Source of the DNA: Podarcis tiliguerta
Lineage: Eukaryota
Length of the DNA: 64,000 bases
Assembly (NCBI GenBank): GCA_965153285.1
Contig: OZ229114.1
Strand: one strand, 5' to 3'
Shown here: in pieces, positions 40,808-55,800 of the stretch
Layout: every line of letters starts with the position of its first letter
How positions within the stretch are numbered: the stretch's first letter is position 1
Program-made: the position numbers and the translations under genes
Notes under the pieces: model-generated
Databases searched by the model: none
Seen by the model: the letters and a program-made list of their open reading frames with translations, nothing else
Told to the model about the DNA's origin: nothing

Positions 40808-42189
40808 GTGTAGAGTTTACTCCTTTGCCTTTTCTTCTCCTGAAGATATCCCACAATGCAGCAGAGGGTTAGAGTTTTCCTTCTCCTAGATGGGCTACCT
40901 TCCCAGGTTGACAAGCCCCATCTGCCCCTCACTTCCCTCTGTGGCACATGCAGAAACTGCCTTCTTGACCGTTGGACCCATTATTGGTCTTGTCCACTCA
41001 ATCTGCCGGAGGCTGACTTCACATGCAAAGGCAGTCCCTAACTCACCAAGGGTTTGAGACCCCTCACCTGGTTTAGTTGGCCAGTTGAAACTGTTCCCAG
41101 GGTGTGGACAAACTACCCCAGAACCCCATACATCACTGATAGCCTTATCCGTGTTTTGCCATGTGTCCTACTTTACAGAGGTCTGTCTTTTATCTAAAGG
41201 GCTGTCAGAGGATAGTTAAGGTATCTATTTATCCAGCTTAAGCCCAGTTTATAGATAGCTCTAAGAAGAAAGAACAGGAGACATTAAGTTGCCTATCAAC
41301 AGTTAGCACTGGGACAGCAAACTGAACAGGCATACAGGTCACCTGGTCAAAGTCTTCTCTACCTTAGTTGGATATATTATATTTCAATTTAAATTTTACT
41401 AATTTTCTCTAAATGTGCACCTGTATCTATAAGTTTGCATATGCAAATATTATACAAATCTGTGTCCCATCTCTCTCATCCTCTTTTTTTGTTGCATTTT
41501 CCCTTTCTTGGTCATGTGCAACTTGCCACTCCTGGATTTTGCACTGTAAGCAACATATGGATTTTGAAATGAATTGAATGCATATGAAATGAATAATAAC
41601 ATTTCTTTTGGAGAGTTATTGTAATGACTTACTATTTCTGTAGTGCTTTTCATGCATCAGGTCTTATTTATAAGAAATATACATTTCTCTGTATTATTGA
41701 AAGAACAATTAGCTAGCTAGCTTTTGAGCTAAGAGTGCCTCTCTGTTTCCTCTGATCTCACTAAGGTTAGTGAGGTTGCAATCCTATTTATTTACTGAGA
41801 AGTAAAAATACATAGGACAAACTGCTGTGATTGTCATGTACATCAGTAGGAACCAAAGGGAATGGAATTATCTGAATAAGCATAGGAATAAATTTTAGAT
41901 TATTTATACAGTAAAGATTCACAAAGGCCTTACGAAATCATATAGGAAAAGTCCCCTGGCTACACTCTTAAGGAAAGTTGAAAAAAAGAGCCTGTGATTG
42001 GATGGAAGATTCTTTGAATAGTTGATATGTATGGAGATTTATCCTGCATGTGTATACATTGTGCTGTAATGCAGGTTTATATAGAAGTAAGTGCAACTGA
42101 GCTCAATGGGACATTCTTCCAAAGTTCATTTTTCTGAGACAAAGAGATGGGGCAAATAAAGGGCATTTCTAAGGGGACCACACTTAAAG

Positions 42190-42590
42190 AACACTTTGAG
42201 AAATGGAACATGTCCAGAGGCAGGTGGACAGAGATGGTGAGGGTCTTAGAGACCAAGTCCTAAGAGGAGAAGAGACTTCAAATATTTGAAGGGCTGTCAT
42301 GTACATGATGAACTCAATTTGTTTCCTGTTGTTTGTTTCCTGGGGAGGTAGACCAGATGCAATGGGTTTAAAGTACAAAAAGTGGTTTTTGATTAAATAT
42401 GAGGGAGAGGTTCCTGATAGTATGAGCTGTTCAGCTGTGGAACAGACTGCCTCAGAAAGTGGTGGACTCTCCTTTGTCAAAAGGTTTTAAGCAGAGGCTG
42501 GATAGCTACCTATCAGGGATGCTGTAGCAACAGATCTCCTATGTCAGCAGGGCATTGGGCTTGTTGATCTTTGAGGTTCCTTCCAGCTAT
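42190..42590 (+). mobile_element. Degenerate CR1 LINE 3' end
   Basis: GGTTTTAAGCAGAGGCTGGATAG ... TGAGGTTCCTTCCAGC, typical of CR1 3' ends. Confidence 0.6.
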
Positions 42591-43786
42591 ATGGCTCGTA
42601 AGATAACCCCATGCAATATCACATGCAGTCTTACATCCAGTTTATGTGGGACCTGATTGCATTGGAAGTGGTATCAAGCAGCTGCCTGAATGTTCAGATT
42701 AGCCCTGTTACCTAGTATGTTTGCGTGGGATTGTAACCTTATTAGCTAACCCTGCTCTGGATAAAGCTATGTTTGCATCCAGCCCTTTGCATTCCCCTCT
42801 ATCATTCCGTTACTCTCAAAGGATGCTTTTATGATTAAAAACAGCAAGCTTAGGAGAAGAGAGGGGGTGTTATTTACAAGCCTAACAAAAATCAGTGGGC
42901 TAAATATTTACAGGAGAAAATAGTTTAAAAGGAGCCAGGCTTTCAGAAGTAATTATGATAATGTTCCAAAGAAACAACCCATTCACACCAAGTGGGTGCC
43001 TGAGTCACAGCTGGTGCAAGCTGATAAAGCTCTTGGCTGGGGTCTGTAAATTGTGAATGCCCCCCCCCCCCCAAATAAGTCCTTCAAGAGATCTTCTGCT
43101 CACAGATTCTGGTTAAGAAGAAGGTTCTCTCTAGTTCCTTTGAAATTCCAACATAAAATGTTGCCTCAAAGGAAAAAAACCTCTTACTTTTTGAGCAGGT
43201 GGGTACAGAAAACAGTCCTTGAATTTCTTTATTTATTACTTATTCCAAGGCAGCCAACAGCTGTAAAGTGCAAACTACAAAATATTAAGAACATAAAAAC
43301 AAAGCAGTTGAATATACAATAAAAACAATAAAACTGATAAAAAACAGCAGCCAGTTGAACAAATTGCAACCTATTTGCAGTAGTCACAAGGAGTCAGAAT
43401 ATCATCAGGCCAAAGGCCCTTCTCGATAAAAAGGATTTTTGCTTAACCAGCAGAATTCTCATTTTATCTTACTCTTGTTCTTAGAGGTGATTCTTCAGGA
43501 GTTTAATCTTATTCATTCCAAAGAATAATTTCCTCAGATCTGTTTGTTTAGTTCGCAGTGGACCATCTACAGCTCTCAGTTCTTCATCTTCGCAATCCAA
43601 CATGAAGTCAAAAGCAGCCCCTTGACTTGTTGCTGGTGATTGCCAAAGGGTCATTTTGTGAGGGTTGGAAGTACCGTAATTCTGTGGAAATTGACTTGGC
43701 TGGAACACCCAAAGTGGTGTAGTGGTTGGAGCATTGAGCTAGGTGTGGAAAAACCCTGATTCAAGTTTCCACATAACCATCAACTA

Positions 43787-44054
43787 CCGCATTGGCCTGA
43801 ATATAACCCTCACTTTTTTTCAAAATTCTGACTCTGAAAAGTTAAAGTGTGGCTTAAATTCGTGATCTTGCAAAAATAGGCCTTTATGATATCGCTGCTG
43901 AACCAGACATACGGTAAAACGGAATGGGTGTGCACGCCTGTGGAATTTTAAGGGAGCAGCTTATATTCGGGTATTGGTTTTTTTCTCCCCCTCCCCCCTG
44001 AATTTTGAAGGTATGTCTTATATTCAGGTGTGACTTATATTTGGGCCAATACTG
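43787..44054. mobile_element. Tc1/mariner-type MITE nested in an old tRNA-SINE (about 43712-44190)
   Basis: CCGCATTGGCCTGAATATAA ... TTATATTTGGGCCAATACTG imperfect TIRs, flanked by TA. Confidence 0.7.
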
Positions 44055-44459
44055 TACTTTGAATCAGTCTGCTTTTCAGTCTAACTCACCTTGCACGGTT
44101 GTTTTGAAGAAAAAGTAAGTGTGTTGGTGGGAGAACCATGTGTGTAGCCTTGAGTTCCTAGGAGAAAAAGTGGAGTAAATAATAATAATAATTAATTAAT
44201 TAATTAATAGTAAGTGTCCTGGTCTTAGAAATTAATACTGTGTGTTCTAGAATGAGAACAGCTGTGTCTAAAATACGGGAGTTTGTGGGGGGGGGGTGAT
44301 CCGTCTGAGGGCCTCATTCCATTGTGGAAAAACGTCTCGGGGCCACGCCAGTGATGGGTGAGGCCGGAGAGGAAGAAAAACTTCTCTATCAATGTCATGC
44401 ATACAAATTTTATAAGCTTTTATAATTTCATCTCTTTCTCTCCCTTTTTTCTAAACTCC

Positions 44460-46300
44460 CAAATGCTGCCTCTTTTCCTCATGGCAGTGCCCTTGATCTT
44501 TTTTGTTGCCCATCTCTGGCACTGTTCCAACTTTACGATATGTACACAATACTCTAAATGAGATTGCACCATAGATTTTTATAACTACATTATATCAGCA
44601 ATTTTATTTTCAGTTCCTTTCTTAATGATCCCTAGCTTAGAATTGCTTGTTCCACAGCTGCTGCACAACTGGGTTGATGTCTTCATCAAGCTATCTGCTA
44701 TGAACCCAGGGTCTTGTTCCTGCTCATTTAGCACCAGACCCCATGAACATATATGTGAAATTAAGATTTGTTTGCTCTGACATGCATCACTTTACAGTTG
44801 TTTACACTGAATTGCAGTTGCCATTCTACTTAGTTTGGTAAGGTCCTTTTAGAGTGCTTTACAATCTCTTTTTCTTTTAATGCAGGGGTGAAACTAAGCT
44901 TTATTTCACCAGGGTCAAAGACACAGGCTGGGAACCTCTATAACCCGCTCCCCCAACTACAGCACTGTTTAAGGACCCTGTAGTGTCATCAGCAATCTTC
45001 GCCTCCTCACTGCTCACCTGTTACACTAAGTCATTTATGAACAAGTTAAAAAGCAGAGCCCCTAGTTCTCATCCTTGGGGGACACTACAGTCTACATGTC
45101 TCCATTTGGAGAACTGTCCATTTATTCCTTTTATTTGCTTCCTGCAACTTACCGTAATCAATTTGTGATCAACAACAGAACCTCTCCTCTTTTGGATCAC
45201 CTCTATCTATATGCTTGTTGACACTCTAAAATAACTTTACTTTGTCATGAGACAGGACTAGTCCTTCCAGAAGCCATGCAGGCTTTGCTGCAGCAAGGCT
45301 TGTTCTTCTATATGCTTGGCTATTTTATCTTTTTTGGGGGGACATACATTAAGCTAGGGACGCAGGTAGCACTGTGGTCTAAACCACTGAGCCTAGCACT
45401 TGCCGATTGGAAGGTCAGCAGTTCGAATCCCTGAGATGGGGCGAGCTCCTGTTGTTTGGTCTCAGCTCCTGCCCACCTGGCAGTTCAAAAGCACATCAAG
45501 TGCAAGTAGATAAATAGGCACCGCTCTGGCGGGAAGGTATATGGCGTTTCCATGCGCTGCTCTGCTTCACCAGAAGCGGCTTAGTCATGCTGGCCACATG
45601 ACCAGGAAGCTGTCTGTGGACAAACGCCGACTCCCTCAGCCTATAGAGTAAGATGAGTGCGCAACCTCAAAGTTGTCTGCGACTGGACCTAATGGTCAGG
45701 GGTACCTTTACCTTTTTACATTAAACTAATTAGTCTGCAACTTCCACAATGCCAGTGATTGGTTCATTTTTATTTTGTCTAGAACTTTGTCTCTCTTCAC
45801 CACTGTCTGCTTCGGTTTCTCAGACTCCCCTCCTCCAAAAGTTAATTCAAAAGTTAGTGCTCTGCTCTACATCTTCCACTGTGAATATAGGTGTACCCTT
45901 TCAATTCTATGATTCTATGAAATAATTAATTCAGCTTCCCCCCTCCCCAATCTCCTTATCCTCCTTTAGCACATTTTTGACTCCCTTGTCATCCAAGGGT
46001 TCAGCCACCTCCCTAGGTAGTCTGCTGCTATTAATGGATGTAAAGACCTACTTGCTGGTCTAATATGTGTGTGTGTGTTTGCAACATGCTTCTCCAATTC
46101 TTTTTTAGCATATATTATTCTCTGCTTACACTAATTTTTTTTTTTGCCAAATTTTGTGTTCCTTCTTGTTCTCTTTGTATGGACAATACTTTTTTTTTTT
46201 TTTTAAAGAAAGTCTTTTTGCCTCTGAGAGCTTCTTAACTTTGCTAATTAACCACTTTGGCATCCTCCTGGCCATTGTGAGACCTTTATTCATCTGCAAT
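44460..46300 (-). mobile_element. Degenerate CR1 LINE RT-region relic
   Basis: ADDT-like motif (GTGTCATCAGCAA at about 44983 on +) and CR1-like flanks; heavily decayed. Confidence 0.6.
45357..45719 (+). mobile_element. Sauria SINE inserted in an old CR1
   Basis: GGGACGCAGGTAGCACTGTGG head and ACCTTTACCTTT tail. Confidence 0.85.
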
Positions 46301-46708
46301 GTACAGATTAGGGCCCGGTTAACCTGTTTGACATTCTAGCACCAGTCAAACTAACCTTAATCATTATTGTCAGAAAAAAGAAATCAATTGTACACCCAGG
46401 TACAAACAAGAACAGCTGACATGTTAGAACAGTTCCCTCCCAAGAGCTGTGCTGCTGCCACTTACCCAGATGGTGCAGGGAGCAGCAATGGCATACTGAT
46501 GGAAGTGCCAGATTGCCTCCAATGGTGCACCTAGGCTGCCCTAAGCTCACCACCATCTGGCCCCAACTCCACACCATGACACTGCCCTATCACATGACTG
46601 CTACTGAGTTCAGATGTTCTCATCTGTTCTGCAACCTGTTAAGGGACCATCTGAATGGAGCTCATGGACCACTAGTAGTCAAAGGACTACAGCTTGAGCA
46701 TCACAGCA

Positions 46709-46770
46709 GGTAGGTAGGTAGGTAGGTAGGTAGGTAGGTAGGAGCTTGGTAGGTAGGCAAGCTAGGTAGG
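46709..46770. repeat. (AGGT)n microsatellite
   Basis: Direct reading. Confidence 0.9.
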
Positions 46771-47299
46771 ACAGCTTGCCTTAGGACTCTTAGGCAGCTA
46801 TACAGCAATACTTTCTCCCCTGGAGGACAGCAAGAAAGGGTTGCATCTGTATCAGAGCTCATCTATTACCTTCCATCATCAGTTCAAAACAAGAAAGAAA
46901 GCACAACTCAGGAAGAAGTGGAAAAATGCCTTGATCATCAGTGATTCCTGAGTCACACGCATTTCAACTTAAATTCTTGGTAGGGGTTCCTTTTCTGCCT
47001 GGAAGATGAATACTTCTCTTTCTCAGTGCATTCTGCCAACATAGGCAGAATCTGCTCCAAATTATGTACCTCTTCTTCACTGCGAACCACTTACATCCAT
47101 ATTCAGCAAGCTCTCTGTTAGCTGCTGTTGAAGACCCAGGCTGCCATGTTTTCCCCAATATCCTCACCTTCCTAGCTTTCTGTCCTCATAGAAGTATCCC
47201 TCTTTTGACAAAACATTGGCATAATTTGAAATAGTACATTTGAAATAGAGGAGTCCCTGCCAAGAGTAAGCCAAATAAGCTGTTACTACTACAGTACAG

Positions 47300-47660
47300 G
47301 ACGCGGGTGGCGCTGTGGGTAAAAGCCTCAGCGCCTAGGGCTTGCCGATCGAAAGGTCGGCGGTTCGAATCCCTGCGGCGGGGTGCGCTCCTGTCGCTCG
47401 GTCCCAGTGCCTGACAACCTAGCAGTTCGAAAGCACCCACGGGTGCAAGTAGATAAATAGGGAACGCTTACTAGTGGGAAGGTAAACGGCGTTTCCGTGT
47501 GCTGCGCTGGCTCACCAGATGCAGCTTGTCACGCTGGCCATGTGACCCGGAAGTGTCTGCGGACAGCGCCGGCTCCTGGCCTATAGAGTGAGATGAGCGC
47601 ACAACCCTAGAGTCTGTCAAGACTGGCCCGTACGGGCAGGGGTACCTTTACCTTTACCTT
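47300..47660 (+). mobile_element. Young full-length Sauria SINE with TSD
   Basis: TSD TACTACAGTACAG at 47287-47299 and 47661-47673; CpG-rich body; (ACCTTT)n tail. Confidence 0.92.
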
Positions 47661-50600
47661 TACTACAGTACAGCTATGACCCTCACCTTACCCTGGATGT
47701 GCCCACTTGACTGCTTCAATCTGCAGAAGTGGCACTTTTACAAGGGTTGCAAAACATTTGTTCCACTCTTGTGAGAAATTGATTTGTTTTTACTGTGACA
47801 TCAGCTGATCTATAGATATTAGGTAGGCATCTTCGCTGTTCTGTTTTTGACTACTGCTAAAAACTTTTCTGTTTTGGCAAACCTTCCCAGACATGTAATT
47901 TGATTAGGTGCATTTATTTTTCAGTTTCAATTAGATGCATTTCCCCCCAATGGATTTATCTCTATTTTGATCATTCATTATGTTTACTGTTTCAAAGTCT
48001 GATTTTATTACAGTGTTGATGAATACTATATGTAAGCCACTTACGGATTATTATTATTTGATTAAGTGGTATATAAATCTTGTTAAAGAAATAAAATAAA
48101 TACCATTTGATCATTACACATAATAGTCCCTTTCATTCCACTGTGCATCAGTGTCAGCAGAGCTGATGGCCACAAAAAAGGGATGCCTGTTTTTCTATGG
48201 TATCTTTTGCTCTGTGATGCTGAGCCATGAGCTTCTTTGTGTTACCTATCTCCTAGTTTGTTGTCAGGCAAAGCAGCGTCAAAGCTTTGCCAGGAAGGTC
48301 TGCTAGCACGGAGGGTTCCTCTTATTCCGTTGGAGCCTTGGGAACCAGCTTCCATGCAAAGGTTTTCTCCAACTCCAGTACAAACACACACAAATACACA
48401 CCAACTGCTGCAGTTAATTTAAATTTTCTTTCCTGAGGAGGCCAGTGCAAGGCTGGGTTCTCTGAGATTCTGCATGATCTGACACCACATCTCAGCCTGG
48501 CCCTGCCCTCCTCCCCCTTCACCCGGCCTGGCTTTCATACAACGAAGAAAAGAAATAGGGGAAGACACTTTCCCCCCAACATTCTCTATTTATCTTAAAT
48601 GAGGCAAAAAGGGCTTCATCAGTCTGTTTGAAACAATATCTGAAGCAGAGCTGGGCTGTGAGGGAGCGTCACTTCATCAAAGGCTGGGCTGGATACTCCA
48701 CTGGGGAAGAAGCCCACAGGCCTGGTGGTTACTTTAAGTTTATAATGTGCAGGATTTACTTACATCATCTGCTTTCTGTAAATCTGCCCCCCCCCCCAAG
48801 CAACACTTTGCTCCAGCCTCACCCAGTCATGTCTGAGCACCCAATTCCAGAGTCTCTGAATTAACTTGTACCTCAAAGTAAGGCTAGACTGGGGTGAAGG
48901 GGGAAATCTACAGTGGGAAATTATAATCAGACAAGCTTGCAATTTCAGGGACAAATCGTGTAATCATATTGGGCACAATTCCAGCAAAGCTAAGCACTTT
49001 GAAGGTTCATTTATTTCAACGTGAGAGATCTAATAATGCACTTGAGACTGCAGTCCCATACATACTTACCTAGGAGGAAGTCCAACTGAATTCACTGAGC
49101 CTTACTTCTGAGTAGACATGTCTAGGGTTGCACTGTGGCTGTTCTAAATGTTGACTAGATCTAGATCACGTCTTTCATTTTGTAAATCAGTTTGCTTAGA
49201 ACTTGGATTTCTTGAAGTCAGGCCCATACCTCACAAGGTAAGAGAGTATGATGGGATGGAGTAATTGTACTTACTTTCCTTACTTCATCATAATACATGC
49301 TTCATCTCAGTCAATAATCTTAGTGAAAAGCCTCTTTAAAAACAAACCCCCATGTGCTGCTTTTAGGCAATATTTTAGCATAAGTAGTGCGGTAAAAATC
49401 AGAAATACATTATTTCCATACTTGCCTAAAAAAGGGAGAAAAGGCTGCAATCATTAGCAAATTTGAGGAAATAAGCCCCATTCAGTTGAAACTTTCTCAA
49501 TAGGCATGTTTATAGGATTGAGCTGCAAAAGTGTGTGATCCATGGAGCCCAACTAGGAAGTAAATATCAAGAGCTTGATAGGACTCCTATTAAATATAAG
49601 TATGCTTATTTTGAAGTAAGCAGGCATATAATTGGGGTATGTATATTTTTCCTGAAAATTTAAAGGGCTCTGAAATCAGTGGTGTATAGTTCCAAGCAGA
49701 TAGCTACCTTTAGGATCAGACTATAATACACCAGCCTCATTTATTTTAGTGGGACTTCTTTAGGTGAATGTGTTTAGAGTGTGTATAGGAAGCAAAAGGA
49801 GAGACATTCAGAATCTACCTTATGCCTCTTGGGGGAAGGGAGAAAGGAGGACTATACAAATGTTAATTTGCATCCAAGAATTGTCATAAACCCATCAAAT
49901 AATTGTAAATCTTGGGCACGATCCACTGAAAATAAAGCATTGTTTTCAGTCCCTTGGGAGAAAATTGCATACCCACATATAAATAAATGGGACACAAAAG
50001 TGCTTTGCTTTGGCTGGATCATGCCCCAAGGTTTCAGCAGATTCAATCCTATCAATCCAATCCACTGTTTTGTTTTTGTTTAAACCCAGCAACTCAACAG
50101 AGAGAGAACATATCAGGGGCATTTTAATTAATATAATCGTTCAGGGCATGTAAAATTACACCAAAATAACTGGTAGAAAATAACAATTGACAGTTTCAGT
50201 CAAGAGCTAATGACAGGTTTACTATACATTAATCACAACGATGATGACGTGCACATTAATGATGATGAGGGTGATAATCATAAATAAAACGTTTTGTACC
50301 CTAAAATCCTGTGCCATCCCTTGCTGGATTGATTCCTATAGGCCACGGGTGGAGGGTAAGGAGATAGTGGAGTCTCCCGACGTGGTGCGGGAATCAGAAA
50401 GAGTGTTAAGATAGAAAGCCCCGCCGCGTTCCTCTTGCCAAGCTGCTTTTCCTTTAGTTAAAACAAGAAAGGGGAAAAAAGAGAATACGTGGGCCTCCGG
50501 CGCTTAGTGGTGCGCATCCTTTCCACAAGAGAAAGAACTGCGGAGAACTGCTCATTCCTTAACCTATTTAAGCCATTTCTATCCGGCCTTTCCCTCGCAA

Positions 50601-52610
50601 GCCTTTCAAAGCGCCTTACAACCCAGAAAGAAGGGCAAAATCTAACACAGGGGGCAAATCCAAAACAAGGGCAAAGAAATTAAACGAATCAGTCGATCTT
50701 TCTAGCTTTCAGATTTATGTTTTCCAAGACTCTCGATAGGGTCCGAGAAGGAGAATCCCGAGATCTTTACCTGGAGGTTTTAGATTGCAGTAAGAACCCC
50801 GCTGCCCTATGGGATTCAGTGGGGCTTAATTCTGCGTGGACATGGTTAGGATGGCGCTACAGTGAGACCCTGGGAAGAGACTAGAACGGTCAGATCAAAA
50901 TAGATAAGGTGGAAAAGGTAATCTGCATAACAAATAAGGGATTCCCCACCCCAGCAGAAACTCCCTCCGTTACGCAGCTAAATCCCAGCCACGCGGGATT
51001 TCCAAAATCTTTGCAACATAACCGATGATTTGCAATAACATTGAATGAATGAAGCCAGTACAAACGAAATCCCACTTTCTTTTGGGAACGAGCCCGGCAG
51101 TGGGAATTCCCGGGGAGGTTGTAGGACTCCCTCGACGCCACTGCACTGGGTGGAGGAAGCCGGTTTCAAGCGCCTTGCCATCCAGCCTTCCCCTTGGAGT
51201 CTCTGGGCCGCTTGTCAGCAGGTAACAGTCGATGCCATCGGGGATCGGGCGCTATTTTGCGAATGGAGGAGCCAAGGAGACCCGAGAGGTGCATTGGTTT
51301 GGGGGCGTGTCTCCCTCACCCAGTTTGCTCGGCCATCGGAGCGGGGAGAAGCCCGTCGGGGTTCCAAGGGGGACTCCGCCATCACCGCCGCGGACCGGTC
51401 TTCAGGTCTTCTTGCACACCTTGATCCTTCCACGTCTCTACAACCCCCTTCCCCAGTTTCAAGGCGGATTGTGTGGCTGAATGTGTGATGCCCTGGCTCA
51501 GCCGAAGTGATGCCTCCACCCCGTTCCCTCCACACAGCACCCGGCTTAATTCTACCGAATTCAAGCAGGGAATTCAAGTTGCTTCTCGGGGAAGTTACGC
51601 ATATGTTCTGGCCGGCTGGATTCCGGCAGCGGATCAGCCACTTCTTCCCTTCCCTTTCTGGAGCCATTGACTAAAAATGCTCTTCGACGGAGCATACAAA
51701 GTCTGCGAAAGGCGCTTTTGAAGGAGGCCAGCTCCTCCGGCTCGCTCTACCAGCGGCAAATGACCAGGAGGTTCCGTCTGAGTCCCAGGAGGTGTCTTCG
51801 GGTTCCCATCCCCGTCGCTCTCAGGCTTGGGGCCCCCGATGGCTTACCGTGTCCCCCTTGCTCGGCTTCCCCAGGCCCGTGGTTCTCTGTCCTGCATGAC
51901 TCTTTCTCGCAATATCCGCCGGCAAGTTTTTGCGCGCCCTCCTCCAATTCGAAGCGTGAAATCGGGCCGTCGGATTCGAGGCGCGCGTTAATTGTTTCTG
52001 CTCAGCGGTACGCCTGATTCTCTCTGCAAAGTCAATCCCGTTGGAAATGGGATTTCATGCTGTTTTCCTGGCCCGGTAATTGATCTTCCGAGCGCTGCTA
52101 AGTGGAGAGATTTCGGACAAATCGAGCTGTCTAAAGTTGCTAAAGTCGATTCGATTTGAGTCCCACGAGGGTCTGCAGCGGAAGGGGGGTGGACAGACGG
52201 GAGAAGGGGCAAGAGACCTATAGAGTTCGGGTCAAACTCCGGTATTTCGCCCCCCCCCCGTGATACCCAAACTCTTGTTCAGTTTCCCAAGATTCCCCCC
52301 TAAAAACCCGACGGTATAGGCAACATGCCCAAGTTAACGGAGGGAGCAGTAGGTGAGGGTTAGAAAAGACATTTCTAAGTCTGGGCTTTTGCAGGCAGAA
52401 GGGCAAAGAGCAGTCGTTTAGGGAGGACTCCAATTCCCATCAGCCCCAGCCAGCACGACCTGCGGAGCTTTGGTCCAGCAACCTCTCTAGAGGACCACAG
52501 GCTTTTAGATCATTCCCGCTGGAAAAGGCTCCCCCTTTGATCTTGACAGGTGTGAAAACAGGCTATCCGGTATTTGCACCATTCTGAAACGCAGGACGGT
52601 GATCGTTTGG

Positions 52611-52830
52611 GAGGCAGTGTTGTACAGTGGTTAGAGTGCTAGCTAGGACCTGGAAGACCTGAGTTCAAACCCCCATTTGGTCATGAAGCTCACCTTGGGT
52701 CAGTCACTGCCTTTCTTCCTAACCTACCTCACAGGGTTGTTGTGGGGATTAAATGAGGAGGGGGAGAAGAACCATGTAAGCCACCTTGAGCTCCTTAGAC
52801 AAAAAAAGGGGGGGGGTATAAATGCAGTAA
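52611..52830 (+). mobile_element. Older tRNA-derived SINE (Squam3/MIR-like)
   Basis: GTACAGTGGTTAGAGTG...GAGTTCAAACCC...ACCTTGGGTCAGTCAC...CCTACCTCACAGGGTTGTTGTG. Confidence 0.7.
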
Positions 52831-55800
52831 AATGAAGTTTTACTGAAGGAATGTGCCAAGGGGGTTTGTTACCCTGTCGCGCATTCGTTTACTCCCTTGC
52901 GTAAAGGACAGCAGGCTACCTTCCAGGAAGCCGGTGCCCTGCGGTTATACAACGGGGACGGATTTCCCCTGGCAGTTCCTGGGAATGTAAACGCAGCGGG
53001 ATGGGGCTAGTTCACACACGGTAGTGTCTATTCCTCCTTTTCACATCGCACCAAACGCGACGCTTTACCGCGGAGTCTTAAACGTGTCATCACCTAGACG
53101 GGGCCAGCCTCAGGCAGCTGGAACTGGGTGTCATGGAAGGGCAGCAAATTTAACTGACTTAAGGATAATTGTATCTCTGCTGCCAGGGAAACGGAAAGGT
53201 ATTTCTGTCCCGGATGCCCAAATTACTTGGCTGGCCTGGCTGTACGTGTGTGCCATTTTGCTGTTTGGCGTAGGGCAACGAGGTGTCTTCTTGCGCCGTC
53301 CTTGTGAACAGAGATATCAAGAGATGGCGCTTCCTGGAACCGAGCAAGGAGTCAGCTGGGCTTACCCAGCGAAGCCAGGCACCTGCTGTTTGGGGATTTT
53401 CTTTTTCGACCAATCTAAATTGTGCCCCCGCCTTTTAAAAATGTGGCTGGCCAAGGCCAGAGTGTCTTAGTTAGAGTAGCATTGTTTGACGGATCTTCCC
53501 TTCTCTTCCTAGCCCTGCAGAAGGGGCGCTCAGAAGGATGGACCGGAATGCTAAGTATTCCAAGTTTATGCCCTAAATGGCAACGCATCGGGCTTTCGGC
53601 CACCAGGAGGCGCTCGTTGAACACCATCAAGCTCTTGGTTGCCGTCTGTTTTGTACTAAAAGGCCTTCGGAAAGCCAGAGGCTCCGTGCAGTGCGCCCCC
53701 TGCCGGCTAGTTCTCTTGGCAATGCCTGCTTTCGGCGAGGATCCCATTAAGGATGGATGGATGGGGCGAGGGCACCGCTGCGGATGCGACAAAGGGGGGT
53801 ATTTGGGAGAAAGAACTTCGCTCCTGGCTATCCTTTCTTTTCACCTCGAACAATGGCTGAGGAGATTCAGCTTAGATACATCAGCCTGCCCGCTGGCAAC
53901 CCGTGCTGCCCAGTCCCACACCCACTGGGGATTTTGCCTGACTATAAACTCGGTGGAAATGCCCTTATACGGGATCTCATGATTCCAGCGAGGGGTCAGG
54001 CTGGGAATTCAGGATTCTGCTTTCCAGGGTTTTCCTGGAGACTCCAGCCTCATTTGCAAAGCAGCCAACGTCAGCACTTCGTCCCTCTGCTAAACATCTG
54101 TCCATGCGAAAATGCGTTTTTAAAAAACAAAACAAAACCCAGGTTTCCAGACACCCACTCCACCCTCGATATTTATGTCTGCAACATCTCATTTGGAAAT
54201 GCCATCGACTCAGTTTGCAACATCCCATTATAGGGGGTTAAATCCCGACTTCCCAATTTGCAGTTTATTATTATTTTTATATATTCCTCTACTTAGAGGT
54301 TTTGGCCTTGGAGCATGTGTTACCAGTTAGAGAAATATCAAAATAATGAATGACAAATTCCGAATTCTGAGGCCATGAATCACAAACTGGAGAGTCCAGA
54401 CTGAGTAAACGGGGGCCATGGAGATTCCTCACGGATCACCCAAGCAAATACATTTCATTTAGGAATTATAAGACTTCAGTCCTATACCCGCCTGCCCATT
54501 GAGCTCAATGGGACTTCTGATTAGATACGTCTGGACTAGCATTGCACTGTAATTATTCCCCCTCCCATAACAGTGTCATAAATATGGATAAGAGAGACTT
54601 TGTTCATCCTCAAGCTGTTCAAAATCACCCCGTTAACTCCGTTCCTCATGAAAAGCAAAAAATGAATTTAAAAAGATCAAACAAACAAAACCCTAGGAAA
54701 GCACCTAAAAATCATGACACGAAGGGAGCACGAATTTTTCTGGATTCCCCGGCTGGATAAAATATAGGAAGCCAAGACTGGTCAGGCATGAACGGTGAAT
54801 TCACCAGGAGCTTTTTAAAAACAAAAAATATGTATTCATTAATGGCCTGAAAAAGGAAGTAAGAATGTGACAAGATTTGCAGTTTATCAGGTCATTTAAA
54901 GCAGCTAAAGCAGCCAAATCTAAAGCAGACTGAGGCGGTGGTCTTATCTGGTACCTGGAAGTAAGTCCCGTTGACATCAGTGGTGCTTACTTCTGAGTAG
55001 ACACGCGTGGCCTTGCACTGCAAAGACCAGTCGCCCTCGGTGCTAAGGAACGCAAGCAACGAAACAGCAGATGGGATATAATGCTACTTGGGAGGAGGAG
55101 AGATGGCCAAAGAACATAATAAAATCTAAAAATGAAGGCAAGGCGTCGTTGATTTCAGTAGGTTTTACACAAGGTATTGAGGGTTCGGGAAGCAATTGCA
55201 CTTATGCAGAGCCAGATTCATACAGCCTGTGAGTATTTCATCCAGCATTTCATCCCAGTCCTAAAAAAAATCATATTGTTTTTCTTCCTGTGAAAAATGT
55301 GCTTAGGATCGCAGTCCCCTCCACTGTGTTGGGAGGTAAGTGGAACGCAGCGCCTAGCGCACCTTTGTTCCCCAACAAGTGTAATGGGAACCTGACTGAG
55401 GTGGCAGATGAGAGCCCCGCTGAAAACAGTGGCATTTCCTTCTGAATAAACACGCGGCCACAATCGCCCCTTGAAACCACAACAGCCAGGAGCCACCATT
55501 CTGGGGAGATCCGTCGAAATGTCGGTCCAAGAGACTGTAGCTCCCCAGCCCAAAGAATAAACATCACGTTAGACTTCCGAGCGCGGGTAGTGCGTTGAGT
55601 CTACTGCAGCGGAAACAACAAAGAGCCCTGTCCTTTCCTTGAAGAGGACAAGACTTGAGAGTGGCATTTGCTTTCCTGCGCGTCACTTCGTCGGATGCAC
55701 GACGGCCGGGTTATCTAATGTACAATGGGTCTTTCTTAGTGCAGAAGAGCAAAGGGGCCGTTGAAAAGAAGTTCACCTTCATACCATTATGCCTCGAGCC